Notes: generated by a model from the sequence alone, not told the origin. Positions 47,308 through 58,310 are shown, numbered from the stretch's first letter. The stretch is 64,000 nucleotides of DNA from Acidobacteriota bacterium (GCA_963664705.1 OY761556.1:2176001-2240000), one strand, 5' to 3'. Numbers and translations: made by a program.

Positions 47308-48138
47308 CTAGAGCAGAAAATTATCGATCAGGCGTGCTTTGCCGATCCGGACTGCCAGAGACAGCAATACGTGATGATCGATCTTCTGAAGTTCGCAAAG
47401 AGTCTCGGGATCGGCGGCGGAGACATACTGTTCGGAAGCCAGAGGTTCCGATTGCACCACCGATCGCATGCGGTGACGCAGCGTTTCCGCGTCGCGTTCC
47501 CCTTTATCGTATTGTTCCCTGGCCGCGCTCAACGCTCGATAAAGCACGGTTGCCGCGGCTCGTTCCGCGGGATTCAGGTAAGCATTCCGACTGCTCAAGG
47601 CCAGGCCGTCGGGTTCGCGCACCGTGGGGCACACGACCAGTTCAACCGGAAAATCCAGGTCCCTTGCCATGCGCCTGAGCACCGCGACCTGCTGTGCATC
47701 TTTTTGTCCAAAGTAGGCTCTATCGGGTTGGAAACAGTTGAACAGTTTGGCAACGACAGTAGCGACTCCGCGAAAATGCCCGGGCCTGGAGTTCCCCTCC
47801 AGCGGCAACTCCAATTCCTCAACCCGAATCCAGGTCTGAAAACGGGGCGGATACACGCACTCTGCGGCCGGAGTCCACACAATATCCACGCCGAGGCTCT
47901 CCAGCAGGTCGAGATCCTGCTGCAGAGTACGCGGATAGTTCTTTAAATCCTCCCCGGGACTGAACTGGGTTGGATTGACGAAAATGCTGGCTCCCACATG
48001 AGCACAATCCTGCCGTGCCGCCGTTACAAGCGACGCGTGCCCCGGATGCAATGCGCCCATGGTAGGGACCAGCCCGAAGGTACCCTGCATCGACGCGCGG
48101 GCCTTTCTCAGCTCCGCAAGGCTTTCGATTACCTGCAT
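47308..48138 (-). CDS. panC: Pantoate--beta-alanine ligase
   Basis: VPTMGALHPGH, SIFVNPTQF, RPGHFRGV, FGQKDAQQ, DGLALSSRN and RLIDN motifs. Confidence 0.96.
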   Translation of the reverse strand: MQVIESLAELRKARASMQGTFGLVPTMGALHPGHASLVTAARQDCAHVGASIFVNPTQFSPGEDLKNYPRTLQQDLDLLESLGVDIVWTPAAECVYPPRFQTWIRVEELELPLEGNSRPGHFRGVATVVAKLFNCFQPDRAYFGQKDAQQVAVLRRMARDLDFPVELVVCPTVREPDGLALSSRNAYLNPAERAAATVLYRALSAAREQYDKGERDAETLRHRMRSVVQSEPLASEQYVSAADPETLCELQKIDHHVLLSLAVRIGKARLIDNFLL

Positions 48139-49031
48139 TGTTTTTGATTGCTCCTGTTGAAATGAACCGCAGCCTGAACCATCTGCCACAGGGTGTCGTT
48201 AACCGGCGTGGGAATACCCATACGCCGTCCCTCCGTCACGATAGCGCCGTTGATGGCATCGCATTCTGTCTGAGCACCGCGCAGTATATCCTGAAGCATG
48301 GAGGAGTGGTTGGCAGCCGTCTTTTCGGCAACTTCACTGACACGGACCGCCGCGTCCGCAAACGGCAACCGGATATTTTTTGCTTCGGCCACAGCGGCGC
48401 ATTCGGTTGCGGCGCGGATCATCAGGCCTCGAGCGCCCGGGTGTGTGAGCAATTCGCCATTGGGAACCCGCAGCAGCGCCGTGAGGGCGTTGATGCCGCA
48501 ACTGATGGTCATCTTGCCCCAGAGAAGGCTGTCGGCCTCGCCGGAACTGCTTGCATGGCATTCCAGTCCGGCGGTTTGAAACAACCGAATCACCCACTCG
48601 GGGGCAACCATGTGGGTAGGCCCTGAACCACCTGCTTTGACATGTCCCGGCCCCAGGAGTGTTGCTCCTTCTGCCGTCGATCCGGGAAATGCCCGGGGCC
48701 CCAGCAATTCGATGTTTCCAAGTCCGTTTTGAAGGGAGATCGCAATGCCTTCGGGAGCCAGGTATTGGGAAAGGACGGAGGCAATCTGTTCCGTTTGGTA
48801 CGACTTGACGAGGATGATTGCCAAATCCACGGGAGCCAGCGCAGCGCCCAGCAGGTCAGCATGGACGCGGGCATTGTATGATTCCCGCCCGTTCTCATAA
48901 AGAATGCCTCGGGCCTGGATGGCTTGCACCGCCTCGCTCCAGGTGCCCAGCATCGTTATTTCCGAAACGCGGGACAGGCGTGCCGCGAAATGGCAGGCCA
49001 TGGCGCCGGTACCGAAGAGAACGACTCGCAT
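48129..49031 (-). CDS. panE: 2-dehydropantoate 2-reductase
   Basis: GTGAMA, VKSYQ, LQNGLG, WGK..INALTA and SSMLQD..TE.DAING motifs. Confidence 0.92.
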   Translation of the reverse strand: MRVVLFGTGAMACHFAARLSRVSEITMLGTWSEAVQAIQARGILYENGRESYNARVHADLLGAALAPVDLAIILVKSYQTEQIASVLSQYLAPEGIAISLQNGLGNIELLGPRAFPGSTAEGATLLGPGHVKAGGSGPTHMVAPEWVIRLFQTAGLECHASSSGEADSLLWGKMTISCGINALTALLRVPNGELLTHPGARGLMIRAATECAAVAEAKNIRLPFADAAVRVSEVAEKTAANHSSMLQDILRGAQTECDAINGAIVTEGRRMGIPTPVNDTLWQMVQAAVHFNRSNQKQCR

Positions 49032-49052
49032 CCGTCTTCTCCGTACGATGGT

Positions 49053-49967
49053 TTAGTGGTAGCGAACCTTGTCGTCAGACTCGATTTCCGGCTCCAGGAA
49101 ACTGATTTCCCGGATGAGATCTCGCAGCGCCTGAGGATCCATGGAATTACCGTGTTCGGCCGCGGGGAAGCGTCCTTCCTTCACATCCTCGATATATTCG
49201 TGGAAGGCTTGTTCCATGGCCGAAAAGAGGTCGGCATATTTTTTGACGAAGCTGGGCGTAAACCGGTCGAAGAGGCCTAACAGGTCGTGGGTTACCAGGA
49301 TCTGTCCGTCGCAGGCGCTCCCCGCTCCGATCCCGATCACTGGGATCGACAGGCGTTGGGAGATCAATTGTGCAACCTCAACGGGCACGGCTTCGATCAC
49401 CACGGAATAACAGCCCACATCTTCGAGGATCAGTGCGTCCTCGATCAGCGTTTTGGCGGCTTCGGTGGATTTTGCCTGGACTTTCCAACCGCCCAGCTGG
49501 TGAACGCTTTGAGGCGTCAGACCAAGATGCCCCATTACGGGGATACCCGCCGCGACAATGGATCGAATCGCACGCGCCCTTTCACGTCCGCCCTCAAGCT
49601 TAACGGCGTCGACGCCCCCCTTTTGCATAAGGCTGCCGGCGTTTCGCAGCGCGTCGGCGGAGGACACCTGGTAGGACATGAACGGCAGATCTGCGACGAG
49701 ATGAGCACGGGACACGCCACGCCTCACAGCCCGGCTGTGGTGAATCATGTCCTGCATCGTAACGGGAAGCGTGTTCTCGTATCCCAGCACAACCATTCCG
49801 AGCGAATCGCCCACGAGAATGCCGTCGATCCCCGAACGATCCAGAGCAACGGCGGTCGGGTAGTCGTAGGCAGTCAGAAAGGTAATCGGCTCGCCGTGCG
49901 CTTTTTTGGATAGAAGCGTTTGGATTGTAACTTTGCCCCTGGACGGGGTCGAAGGTATGGTGGACAT
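49053..49967 (-). CDS. panB: 3-methyl-2-oxobutanoate hydroxymethyltransferase
   Basis: [34 protein letters not shown] and IGIGAG..DGQILV motifs. Confidence 0.97.
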   Translation of the reverse strand: MSTIPSTPSRGKVTIQTLLSKKAHGEPITFLTAYDYPTAVALDRSGIDGILVGDSLGMVVLGYENTLPVTMQDMIHHSRAVRRGVSRAHLVADLPFMSYQVSSADALRNAGSLMQKGGVDAVKLEGGRERARAIRSIVAAGIPVMGHLGLTPQSVHQLGGWKVQAKSTEAAKTLIEDALILEDVGCYSVVIEAVPVEVAQLISQRLSIPVIGIGAGSACDGQILVTHDLLGLFDRFTPSFVKKYADLFSAMEQAFHEYIEDVKEGRFPAAEHGNSMDPQALRDLIREISFLEPEIESDDKVRYH

Positions 49968-50202
49968 CGGCTATCTTCTCCAGTTTTCGAGTAAGATGCC
50001 TGTTCCGGTCATCTGGCATAAAACAGGCAGCACCGTCTCGGTCGCAAAGGATCCAAGCGGCGGTATTATTCTAAGCAACTGCTTTCGATTTGAAAAGAGC
50101 CATTTGCCCATCGGGCTGGACGGACGATGCCGGATGCCCGCTTCCCGCGCGAACCCGAGTCAATGTATGCTATTGTATCTGCTTGATAATGGAGAGGTAG
50201 AC

Positions 50203-51225
50203 ATGAAGGCACTGATCAAGAAAGAGGCGAAACCGGGGTTGTGGCTCGAAGATGTCCCAGAACCGAAAATTGGGATCAATGACGTATTAATCAAAGTGGA
50301 TCGTACCGGGATCTGCGGCACGGATCTCCATGTTTATGAGTGGGATGCCTGGGCGCGTCAGACTATACCGGTCCCGCTCGTTGTCGGACATGAGTTTGTC
50401 GGAGAAGTGATAGAAGTCGGCTCCAATGTCGCCGATTTCCACCCGGGGAATATCGTCAGCGCCGAAGGACACGTCGTCTGCGGCCGCTGCCGCAACTGCC
50501 TTGCCGGCCGCCGCCACCTTTGTAAAGATACGCAGGGGATCGGCGTCAATCGTCCCGGCGCCTTTGCCGAATACATTTCAGTCCCCATGACCAACGTCTG
50601 GCACCATAAGGAAGACATCGACCGCGACGTGGCCTCCATTTTTGATCCCTTCGGTAATGCCGTCCACACTGCCCTGTCGTTTGACGTGCTGGGCGAGGAT
50701 GTCCTGATCACCGGCGCGGGCCCTATCGGGATCATGGCGGCGGCCGCAGTAAAACATGCCGGAGCACGATTTGTCGTGATCACCGACATGAATGAATATC
50801 GGCTCGAGTTGGCCCGGAAAATGGGCGTGACTCTTGCCCATAATGTAAAAAATGGCACTCTGCGCGATGTCCAGAACCAGTTGGGAATGAAAGAAGGCTT
50901 CGACGTCGGTCTGGAAATGTCGGGTAATCCCGTAGCCTTCCGCGAAATGATCGACAATATGTGTCACGGCGGCAAGATCGCCATGCTGGGGATTCCGTCA
51001 CAGCCGATCAACATCGACTGGAACAAGGTGATTTTTAACATGCTCACGATCAAGGGGATCTACGGTCGCGAAATGTATGAAACCTGGTACCAGATGACCG
51101 TCATGCTGGAAAGCGGACTGGATATCAAACCTGTCATTACACACCGGTTCCACTATACGGAATTTCAAAAGGGCTTTGAGGTGATGCAGACGGGACAGTC
51201 CGGCAAAGTGGTTCTGAAATGGTGA
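50203..51225 (+). CDS. tdh: L-threonine 3-dehydrogenase
   Basis: [36 protein letters not shown] and [13 protein letters not shown] motifs; GGAGAGG RBS. Confidence 0.95.
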   Translation: MKALIKKEAKPGLWLEDVPEPKIGINDVLIKVDRTGICGTDLHVYEWDAWARQTIPVPLVVGHEFVGEVIEVGSNVADFHPGNIVSAEGHVVCGRCRNCLAGRRHLCKDTQGIGVNRPGAFAEYISVPMTNVWHHKEDIDRDVASIFDPFGNAVHTALSFDVLGEDVLITGAGPIGIMAAAAVKHAGARFVVITDMNEYRLELARKMGVTLAHNVKNGTLRDVQNQLGMKEGFDVGLEMSGNPVAFREMIDNMCHGGKIAMLGIPSQPINIDWNKVIFNMLTIKGIYGREMYETWYQMTVMLESGLDIKPVITHRFHYTEFQKGFEVMQTGQSGKVVLKW

Positions 51226-51293
51226 GTCAGGTAGTGGGTAGTGGGCAGTAGGCAGTGTGTAGCGCAACTGCCCACTACCTACTGCCCACTGAC
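51226..51293. repeat. Inverted heptamer-repeat hairpin (GTAGTGG/GCAGTAG units), probable terminator
   Basis: Tandem 7-mers followed by their reverse complements and an A-run. Confidence 0.7.
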
Positions 51294-51326
51294 ATAAAAA
51301 AATATTCAGTATCTTCTCGCAATACA

Positions 51327-51355
51327 TTGACAATAAGCCCTTATGTTGTTAGCTT
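51327..51355 (+). promoter_or_regulatory. sigma70 promoter of tRNA-Asn
   Basis: TTGACA-N17-TAGCTT. Confidence 0.7.
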
Positions 51356-51374
51356 ATTGCTCACACCATTTTGC

Positions 51375-51449
<75 letters not shown>

Positions 51450-51591
51450 TAAATCCAATATTCACAATCCTTTCATTCTTTGCGTTTGTGGCGCATTTCA
51501 ATTGCGTACCTGGAACTTTTTCGCGCGTCCGTTTGAATTGGGCCAGGAACCCAGGATTTCAGGTAAGCCAGCGTTGAAGGACCGGCAGATA

Positions 51592-53100
51592 ATGGCAGCT
51601 TCATCTCCTAAAATGGCGCATGCATCCCATACCGTCCGTCTGGAACGGTTGTTCCTGGTGCTCCTGATAGCCTCCGCTTTTCTGTTTCGCTTCTGGGGGT
51701 TGTCCAGGATGCATTTCTGGGACGAAAACGTATACCTGCTCAACGCCGAATACATTTACTCTGGCCATGCGGGCTACACGGAGATCGACAGCCGGCCGCC
51801 GCTGCTCTCTATCCTCTTCGCCCTCGCGTTTAACATCTGGCACAGCGATTATGCGGCGGCCCTGGTAACGGCTTTGCTAAACGCGCTCGGCCCGGCATTC
51901 CTTTACCTTGCCGGCCGGAGGATTTTTGGCAGGGCGGCAGCAGCCATCGCCGCGCTTCTATTGGCATTCGGACCGTTTTTCACAGGGATCTATCAGGGAC
52001 AATCGGGAGATCTTTTTACGAACGGCAACGGTCACAGCATTATGACCGATGGCCCGGCTCTCACGCTCATTATCCTCTCCCTGCTGCTTCTGATCCGGGC
52101 TCTTGAAAAACAGACGATTCTGCGTTTTGCCTGTGCCGGATTCAGCTTGGCCCTGCCCATTCTCATGCGCTTCGGATCACTGTCGAGCATGGCCATGCTC
52201 TCGCTTATGCTCCTCGCCGCGAATCGGCGGCTGCGGGCTATCCTGTCCGGTGCCGCAGGTTTCGTGCTGGGTATGGGACCCTACCTTGTCTGGTCCCGCG
52301 TTTACTACGGCGGCTTTTTTGAAACGCTCCGGCTGGGCTGGGTAAATCTCGAAGGACCCGCCGAACCATTCTTCTATTATGCAAAGAATGCTCCTGTGGT
52401 TTTTTCCTGGCTTGCTATCGTGGGGCTGTGTCTCTTTTTGTTGCGTGAGGCATACGGCTTTTGGGTTGGTAAAAAGGAATTGGGAGCAGAACCATCGTCG
52501 GTTTTTGAGCAGGATCAGCGTCGATGGAAGAGATTTCTGCTGCTATGGACTTTGGGCGTCTTTATCTTTTTCAGCAGTATCAGTCACAAAGAGGCCCGGT
52601 ACGAGATTCCACTGGCAGCGCCGTTGCTTCTTCTCGCCGGCTGCGGCCTGGCTTCCCTTGTCGAGTTTAAGAAAAATGGCTGGCGGATTGCGGGTGGCCT
52701 TATTCTTTTCGCGGCACTGGGCGCCAATTCCTGGCCAATATATCATCGGTTTGATACCGGCTTCTTTGACCATTCCATATCGCAGGAAATGGTTGTGTCG
52801 GACTATCTCAAGCAAAACTTCCCCGCATCCACCATCCTCTATACCAACGTAAACTATCCGGATTTCGCCTATTATACGAATATGAAGGTGCTTGCGCTGC
52901 CGGAGACAGGAGAAGCGCTCTACGAAAGAATTTCGAAGCTTCCATCGGATGGTATCCTGATCGCGTACAAGATAGACGACAGCGGCAACGATGCCGAGGT
53001 TGAGCCGCAGATTTCGTACCTGGATGCGAACCGGCACTTCACGCGCATCCGTGAATTCCCTACTCTGATCCTCTATCAATATCGTGCATGGACTGAATAA
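51592..53100 (+). CDS. ArnT/GT39-like membrane glycosyltransferase
   Basis: FWDENVY, RPPL, MTD.P and HKEARY motifs; ~12 TMs. Confidence 0.8.
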   Translation: MAASSPKMAHASHTVRLERLFLVLLIASAFLFRFWGLSRMHFWDENVYLLNAEYIYSGHAGYTEIDSRPPLLSILFALAFNIWHSDYAAALVTALLNALGPAFLYLAGRRIFGRAAAAIAALLLAFGPFFTGIYQGQSGDLFTNGNGHSIMTDGPALTLIILSLLLLIRALEKQTILRFACAGFSLALPILMRFGSLSSMAMLSLMLLAANRRLRAILSGAAGFVLGMGPYLVWSRVYYGGFFETLRLGWVNLEGPAEPFFYYAKNAPVVFSWLAIVGLCLFLLREAYGFWVGKKELGAEPSSVFEQDQRRWKRFLLLWTLGVFIFFSSISHKEARYEIPLAAPLLLLAGCGLASLVEFKKNGWRIAGGLILFAALGANSWPIYHRFDTGFFDHSISQEMVVSDYLKQNFPASTILYTNVNYPDFAYYTNMKVLALPETGEALYERISKLPSDGILIAYKIDDSGNDAEVEPQISYLDANRHFTRIREFPTLILYQYRAWTE

Positions 53101-53157
53101 TTCGACAAGCTTGTCGTCACCGGGAGCGTTCCCTGCAAAACTCTGCCCGTTGAAGCT

Positions 53158-55005
53158 TTAGCGAAGGCTGGTGCCGGAAGCCGACGCCCCTGCTATCAGC
53201 AGGATCTGACGGGGCTCCTTGAATCCGCTGATCGTTTTAACAGTAGAAAGCGTTGCTCCATCCAATAGATAGACATTATCGGCATCAAAGTTGACGGCAT
53301 ACCTGTTATCCGGCGTATACAGACAATGTGCCAGCCATTTCTGATCCAGCAGCTTCTCATTGGTGGCCAGATCCACCACTTCCATGCGGTACGATGCTTT
53401 GCTTGTGAAACCTATGTGGGAGCCGACGACATACAGAACCGGCTTCTGACCTGAAGCGGTTGGAGGCATGAATCCATAGTGGGAATTGAATGGAAGCCTG
53501 ATGGAAGCAATTTTTTTATAGCTCTTGAGATCGACGACAAACACGCGCGCCAGCATCATCATATAGACGTACTGATCGGAGCGATCCACGATAGAGGTCG
53601 CGTATTGGATCGTCGGTCCCTGCGGCACAAAGGCCGGAGCAATCGGGACGCCCGCAATGGCGGATCCGGCGCCGGCAATGCCACCGGTAACCATGGCAAC
53701 CGCCATGATGCTTCCGAAGGCTCGCAAACCGGAAATAATGTCGATCATGCCCTTCACTTTGAAATTTTCGAGATCGAGCACCGAGGACTCATCATCATTT
53801 GCGTATCCGAGAGCCGCGGTGCTTTCCTTTGAATCCATGGCCAGGGTGGAGGGCGGGCGGTCCTTGCTGCCATTTTCCCAAAAGCCTCTCGTCCGGTGCG
53901 GCGTTGGTATGCTGCCCACCAGTTTCAGCGTGTCCAGATCAATGGCCTGCACGGAGTCATAGCACACGAGATATAACCGATGGGTTTTCGGCGCCAGATT
54001 GGCCTGCATGATGATGTCGGGAATCTCAATCTCCGCTTTCAGTTCCTTCTTCGCAAAAGCAAACAGCGTGGACTTCCCTGTTTTCCCAATACGCGAAATC
54101 AAGGTTAAACCCGTGGCCGGATCCGTCAGCGCATCGACAAGGGAAAACCCGCCATCAATGCTCTGCACCAGTCCGCGCTGGGCGGCAGAAACTATGTGCA
54201 GATGCGCCTGCCCGGGCTCCTTGATTTTGTTGCCATCGTCCGCCAGAACAAAAACATGATCGCCATCGACAGAAGCCGCCAATTCCCGAGGAATGCCGGG
54301 CAGAGAAAGCTCCTTGGAGTCCGCAAGATTGGCGAGATTGAACAGGAGCAGATTGTGACCGGCGCTGGTCTTTTTGTCCTGCGTTCTCTTCCCGTAAAGA
54401 ACTGCCGCCCGATCGGAAGATACTCGGAGAATGGGATCCACTTCTCCCGGCTTGCACGGCAATGTCTGACGGCCGGAAATTGCTCCTTTGGCAATGTCTA
54501 TCTGCACTATTTCCGGATTTTTATCCTTCACGCCCCAGGCCAGCAAAGTTATAAAACGGCCGGAACTGTCCCACATGGCATTGATTTCTGCCTGCGGCCA
54601 TAGAAGAAAAGGATGGGCGACCGCATTCCAGCCGATATCGTCCAGCCGGGCGATCCGTTTCATATCCCGAGTATCCAAAATACTCAGAGAGTTGGGCTTT
54701 CCAAACCTGATGATGGGCAGCCCCTTTTGCCTTCGCTCCGCAAGCCGCTCTTTGTCGTCATACTCAAAAACCAGAAGCCTGGAACCATCGGGGCTCAGAG
54801 CCATCAGGGTTGGCGTTTTTTCCAAAACAACAGTTTCCGAAATCGTCCCCCCGGGAAGCGCTATCGATTCCACGCTCTTCTTTTCCGCATCCAAAACATA
54901 TGCTCGGAACTCTTCAGGATTTCCCAATAAAAACTGCGCATTCATGGGCAGAACGAGCGCAAGGACAATTACCGCACATAGTATTTGCCTGGTTCTGACG
55001 GACAT
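53158..55005 (-). CDS. Secreted YncE/YVTN-like beta-propeller protein
   Basis: Signal peptide; repeated blade-like motifs (P..MALSPDGSRLLV, PRELAASVDGDHVFV, VQAIDLDTLKLVGSI, YTPDNRY). Confidence 0.65.
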   Translation of the reverse strand: MSVRTRQILCAVIVLALVLPMNAQFLLGNPEEFRAYVLDAEKKSVESIALPGGTISETVVLEKTPTLMALSPDGSRLLVFEYDDKERLAERRQKGLPIIRFGKPNSLSILDTRDMKRIARLDDIGWNAVAHPFLLWPQAEINAMWDSSGRFITLLAWGVKDKNPEIVQIDIAKGAISGRQTLPCKPGEVDPILRVSSDRAAVLYGKRTQDKKTSAGHNLLLFNLANLADSKELSLPGIPRELAASVDGDHVFVLADDGNKIKEPGQAHLHIVSAAQRGLVQSIDGGFSLVDALTDPATGLTLISRIGKTGKSTLFAFAKKELKAEIEIPDIIMQANLAPKTHRLYLVCYDSVQAIDLDTLKLVGSIPTPHRTRGFWENGSKDRPPSTLAMDSKESTAALGYANDDESSVLDLENFKVKGMIDIISGLRAFGSIMAVAMVTGGIAGAGSAIAGVPIAPAFVPQGPTIQYATSIVDRSDQYVYMMMLARVFVVDLKSYKKIASIRLPFNSHYGFMPPTASGQKPVLYVVGSHIGFTSKASYRMEVVDLATNEKLLDQKWLAHCLYTPDNRYAVNFDADNVYLLDGATLSTVKTISGFKEPRQILLIAGASASGTSLR

Positions 55006-55296
55006 AAGGAGGACGCTCCTTTCGCGTGCTGAATCCTGCAACAAAACACATGGGGCTTGGTTGAATGGCACAATTACCCCGGCCATGGACCGAACCGCCG
55101 GAGATGGAAAGGAAGCGCATCCCCGTAGAGATAGGAGATTGCATTCAGGCTTGGCTTCCGATTGAAGATCTGATTGTAAAGCGAAATACGCCCTATATAA
55201 AACAGGAATCTAATATTCTACCCATAGCTCACTTTGAATGCTTACCGATTGATTGTAGGGGATAATCTTGATTTGCCAGCCCGGCCTCCCCAATAG

Positions 55297-55344
55297 TGTA
55301 AACAAATGCGACATCCAGTACACCAGTTGTCGGATAGTTTTACA
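55297..55344. promoter_or_regulatory. Two TGT-N11-ACA enhancer boxes (PEP-CTERM box type)
   Basis: TGTAAACAAATGCGACA at 55297-55313 and TGTCGGATAGTTTTACA at 55328-55344. Confidence 0.7.
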
Positions 55345-55443
55345 AATATTCCTGTTCCCATGCCAGGAATTGGACAATATCATTAAGATGCAAACTACTT
55401 ATTTTCAATATTTTATCAAATATATGCAATGCCTGATAGCGTG

Positions 55444-55458
55444 TGGCACATATATTGC
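55444..55458 (+). promoter_or_regulatory. sigma54 promoter
   Basis: TGGCAC-ATATA-TTGC, a consensus -24/-12 site. Confidence 0.85.
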
Positions 55459-55529
55459 GTTTAAGAGAAGAAAGTTATTTTTACCTTTGGTTTTTTGGTT
55501 GAGAGCTTTGCTTTTCGGGAGGAGGAGAA

Positions 55530-56264
55530 ATGAAGAGATTCTTTATGTTGATGGTATTGGCTATCTTAACCGTCACAGCGGCGCAGGCAGCCACGATTTA
55601 TTTTGGAGAGGACTTGAATAACAGCAATAGCGTGCCGCTAGCGTCTTACCCAAACGCTTCCGCAGCTTCTGCCAGCTTCTTATCAAATCTGGTAGGCACT
55701 GGGACGGAGACTTTTGAGGGCATATCGGGATCCGCGCCGGTTACGCTTACATTTCCAGGAGCAGGCACTGCAACATTGAGCGGATCCGGGTCAATAGTGA
55801 GTGTAACACCCGGCTCCACCAATGGATTTGGGCGTTATGCGATTTCCGGTTCCAAATATTGGGAAGTTGAAGTCAATAGCTCAACTACGCCTGCATTTAC
55901 TATTAGTTTTTCAGATCCTGTTGCCGCTTTCGGGTTTTTTGGTGTTGATATTGGTGACTTTGGCGGCCAAATCGGTTTAACCTTTGCCAACGGCACAACA
56001 CAAACCTACCTCGTTAACAATACCGTAGGCTCAGGCGGCAGCATTGATGGCTCAGTTCTTTTTTGGGGCATTATCGATACGCAAAATCCTTTCACCAGCG
56101 TATCCTTTACTGACACCAACATCAGCGATGTTTTCGCATTTGACAATATGACAATCGGTTCTGTAGAACAGGTCAATCCCACTGTCCCAGAACCAACATC
56201 GATACTTCTCCTCACCACCGGTATTATGGGAATCGGCCTGGCCGCATGGCGCAGAAAGAAATAG
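55530..56264 (+). CDS. PEP-CTERM surface protein 1
   Basis: Signal peptide (AQA|A), Ser/Thr/Gly-rich body, VPEPTS + TM + WRRKK. Confidence 0.93.
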   Translation: MKRFFMLMVLAILTVTAAQAATIYFGEDLNNSNSVPLASYPNASAASASFLSNLVGTGTETFEGISGSAPVTLTFPGAGTATLSGSGSIVSVTPGSTNGFGRYAISGSKYWEVEVNSSTTPAFTISFSDPVAAFGFFGVDIGDFGGQIGLTFANGTTQTYLVNNTVGSGGSIDGSVLFWGIIDTQNPFTSVSFTDTNISDVFAFDNMTIGSVEQVNPTVPEPTSILLLTTGIMGIGLAAWRRKK

Positions 56265-56299
56265 GACGCCATCTCCAATAGGATTCTTCAGTGATTTAA

Positions 56300-56332
56300 A
56301 AAGGCCGCTCATCGCAGCGGCCTTTGTTTTTT
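56300..56332 (+). terminator. Intrinsic terminator
   Basis: AAAGGCCGCT/AGCGGCCTTT stem followed by a T-run. Confidence 0.85.
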
Positions 56333-56402
56333 GGATTTACCTTTTCGCCGCACCTCCTGCCTGATTTCCCTGCGTTGTTTTCATAACCAATGCCGGCACT
56401 TG

Positions 56403-56510
56403 CCTCAAGGAATACTGGCTGTGGCAGTCGGAGGGAAAGCGCAAACCACCTGGTTCGCAACCGATTTAGACTCGGCCGCTGCGTTCTCATTGATAGCTGG
56501 AGAATAGCAG
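56403..56510 (+). pseudogene. Relic 3' end of a second copy of the selenoprotein gene
   Basis: Aligns by eye to 59955-60062 (PQGILAVAVGGKAQTTWFATD vs PQGIQVVVVGGKTQSTWFATD) with small indels. Confidence 0.85.
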
Positions 56511-56940
56511 CAAAGCGTCTTGTGCTAGTTGTATGTTGAGGCCCACGGGAGCTTCGCTGTCTCTCCGATGCTTCTATTGCGAAGCCCTTCGAAGTGCGGG
56601 GCATCAAGCCGCCGCGCTCCACCGCTCCCATCGGGCGTGCCCAATGCGCACTTCCCAAAAACCCCGGCACTGTCCCCGAGCCCACTTCCCTCCTCCTTCC
56701 CGGAACAGGGACACTTGGGATAGGTCTGGCGTCATGGAGAAAGAGAAGCTAATTCCTTTCTTCCTAAAATCAATAAATGAAATGGGCTGCTCTCATAAAA
56801 GTGGCCTTTTTTAAGTTTTAACCTAGTCTGGCCTTGCCCCAATATAGCTCCCAAGGCATTCTCACCAGCCATTTTTATATATCTTATTGATTTTATTACA
56901 CATGACTCAATCTGATCACCGAATACCCGCCAAAATGTGG

Positions 56941-57055
56941 TGTCGGGATAGCTTACAATTATTCGTGAAGCGAATGAACAATGGAACTATCTTATTTTCT
57001 TTAGTTTATATAGATCGAATTCAGGGCAGGCCATCAGGTGTTGGTTTCTTTTACA
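56941..57055. promoter_or_regulatory. Two TGT-N11-ACA enhancer boxes
   Basis: TGTCGGGATAGCTTACA at 56941-56957 and TGTTGGTTTCTTTTACA at 57039-57055. Confidence 0.6.
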
Positions 57056-57238
57056 ACCGACAACTTTAGTAGTATGCTTGTAAGATACTGATAAATAATA
57101 TTTTATTCTGATTTTCCCAAAGATTTCCCTCTATCAAATCTACCATCCCCCGTCGCCGGTCAAATCAACAACAGTATGTACTTTATTTACAATATATTAC
57201 CTCGCATTGCCTCAAGTTAGATTCAAACAAAAGCTATT

Positions 57239-57253
57239 TGGCATGCAAGTTGC
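57239..57253 (+). promoter_or_regulatory. sigma54 promoter
   Basis: TGGCAT-GCAAG-TTGC. Confidence 0.82.
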
Positions 57254-57354
57254 ATTTATCAGGTTGAATCTCGCAATAATGAAATTCGGAATTTATTGCG
57301 CAAATTGTGTCAAACCAGCAAAGAATCTTGGCTGGAAGAGGGGGGAATAAAGCG

Positions 57355-58125
57355 ATGACAAAATTGGCCATAGCGTTATCAGTGGTAGTGCTTTTAACAA
57401 CAGCGGCAATTGCGGCACCAATTCCAGCTGGCTATACCTGCACCGGAAACTGCGGCACAATGGGAGCAAGCGGCGTTGTAACGCTCTCTCCCTACGGCAG
57501 CGCTGCTTACATGTATATTTCCACCGAAAGCGGCTTGGGTGGAGTAGGGGGAACCCCTACCGGCGGAGTGGTCGGAACCAATGGTACGCTGCTCGTGTCG
57601 CCTGTTTTCTCAGCCAATGTCGATGACATATTGGCCTTCTACTTTAATTACGTAACCAGCGATGGCAGTGGGTATCCCGATTTCGCATGGGCAGCCGTGG
57701 CGGATCCATCGCTGACAAGTGTAACCTATCTGGTCACAGCTAAAACGCTCCCTTCCGGAAGCATTATTCCCGGTCAGGGAATGCCAGCCATTGATGCAAC
57801 TCTTACGCCTCCCTCAGTTCCAATCATTGGTGGAGGGCCATTATGGAATGCTCTTGGTGGTTCCTCGGGCTCATGCTGGGCGGCTGGTTGTGGCTATACC
57901 GGCTGGGTTTTGTCCGAATACAAAATTCCTACGGCGGGCGACTATGTTCTCGCATTCGGCGTTATGAACGCCAACGATTTAGCCTATCAATCCGGTCTTG
58001 CAATTGATGGCGCCACCATCGCCGGCAAGCCCATCGAAGGCACAGTTCCAGAACCGACATCGCTGCTTCTTCTCGGCACCGGCCTGAGCGCAATCGGCCT
58101 GGCCGCATGGCGCAGAAAGAAATAA
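57355..58125 (+). CDS. PEP-CTERM surface protein 2
   Basis: Signal peptide (AIA|A), Gly/Thr-rich body with two Cys pairs, VPEPTS + TM + WRRKK. Confidence 0.93.
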   Translation: MTKLAIALSVVVLLTTAAIAAPIPAGYTCTGNCGTMGASGVVTLSPYGSAAYMYISTESGLGGVGGTPTGGVVGTNGTLLVSPVFSANVDDILAFYFNYVTSDGSGYPDFAWAAVADPSLTSVTYLVTAKTLPSGSIIPGQGMPAIDATLTPPSVPIIGGGPLWNALGGSSGSCWAAGCGYTGWVLSEYKIPTAGDYVLAFGVMNANDLAYQSGLAIDGATIAGKPIEGTVPEPTSLLLLGTGLSAIGLAAWRRKK

Positions 58126-58160
58126 GGCACCATCTCCAATAGGATTCTTCGCTGATTTTC

Positions 58161-58194
58161 AAAGGCCGCTCATCGCAGCGGCCTTTGTTTTTTT
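58161..58194 (+). terminator. Intrinsic terminator (duplicate of 56300-56332)
   Basis: Identical stem-loop and T-run. Confidence 0.85.
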
Positions 58195-58310
58195 GACATA
58201 CTTTTTCGCCGCACCTCTTGCCTGGCTTCCCTGCATCATTTTCATAACCAATGCCGAAAGCTCTTTGATCCGGCTCCGCCAAAAGCTAAGATCGCCGTTG
58301 GAGGACGGTT

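Noticed and set aside
49906-50202. 99-aa N-terminal extension of Tdh
   Set aside because: Overlaps the panB start and divergent promoter region; the RBS supports ATG 50203.
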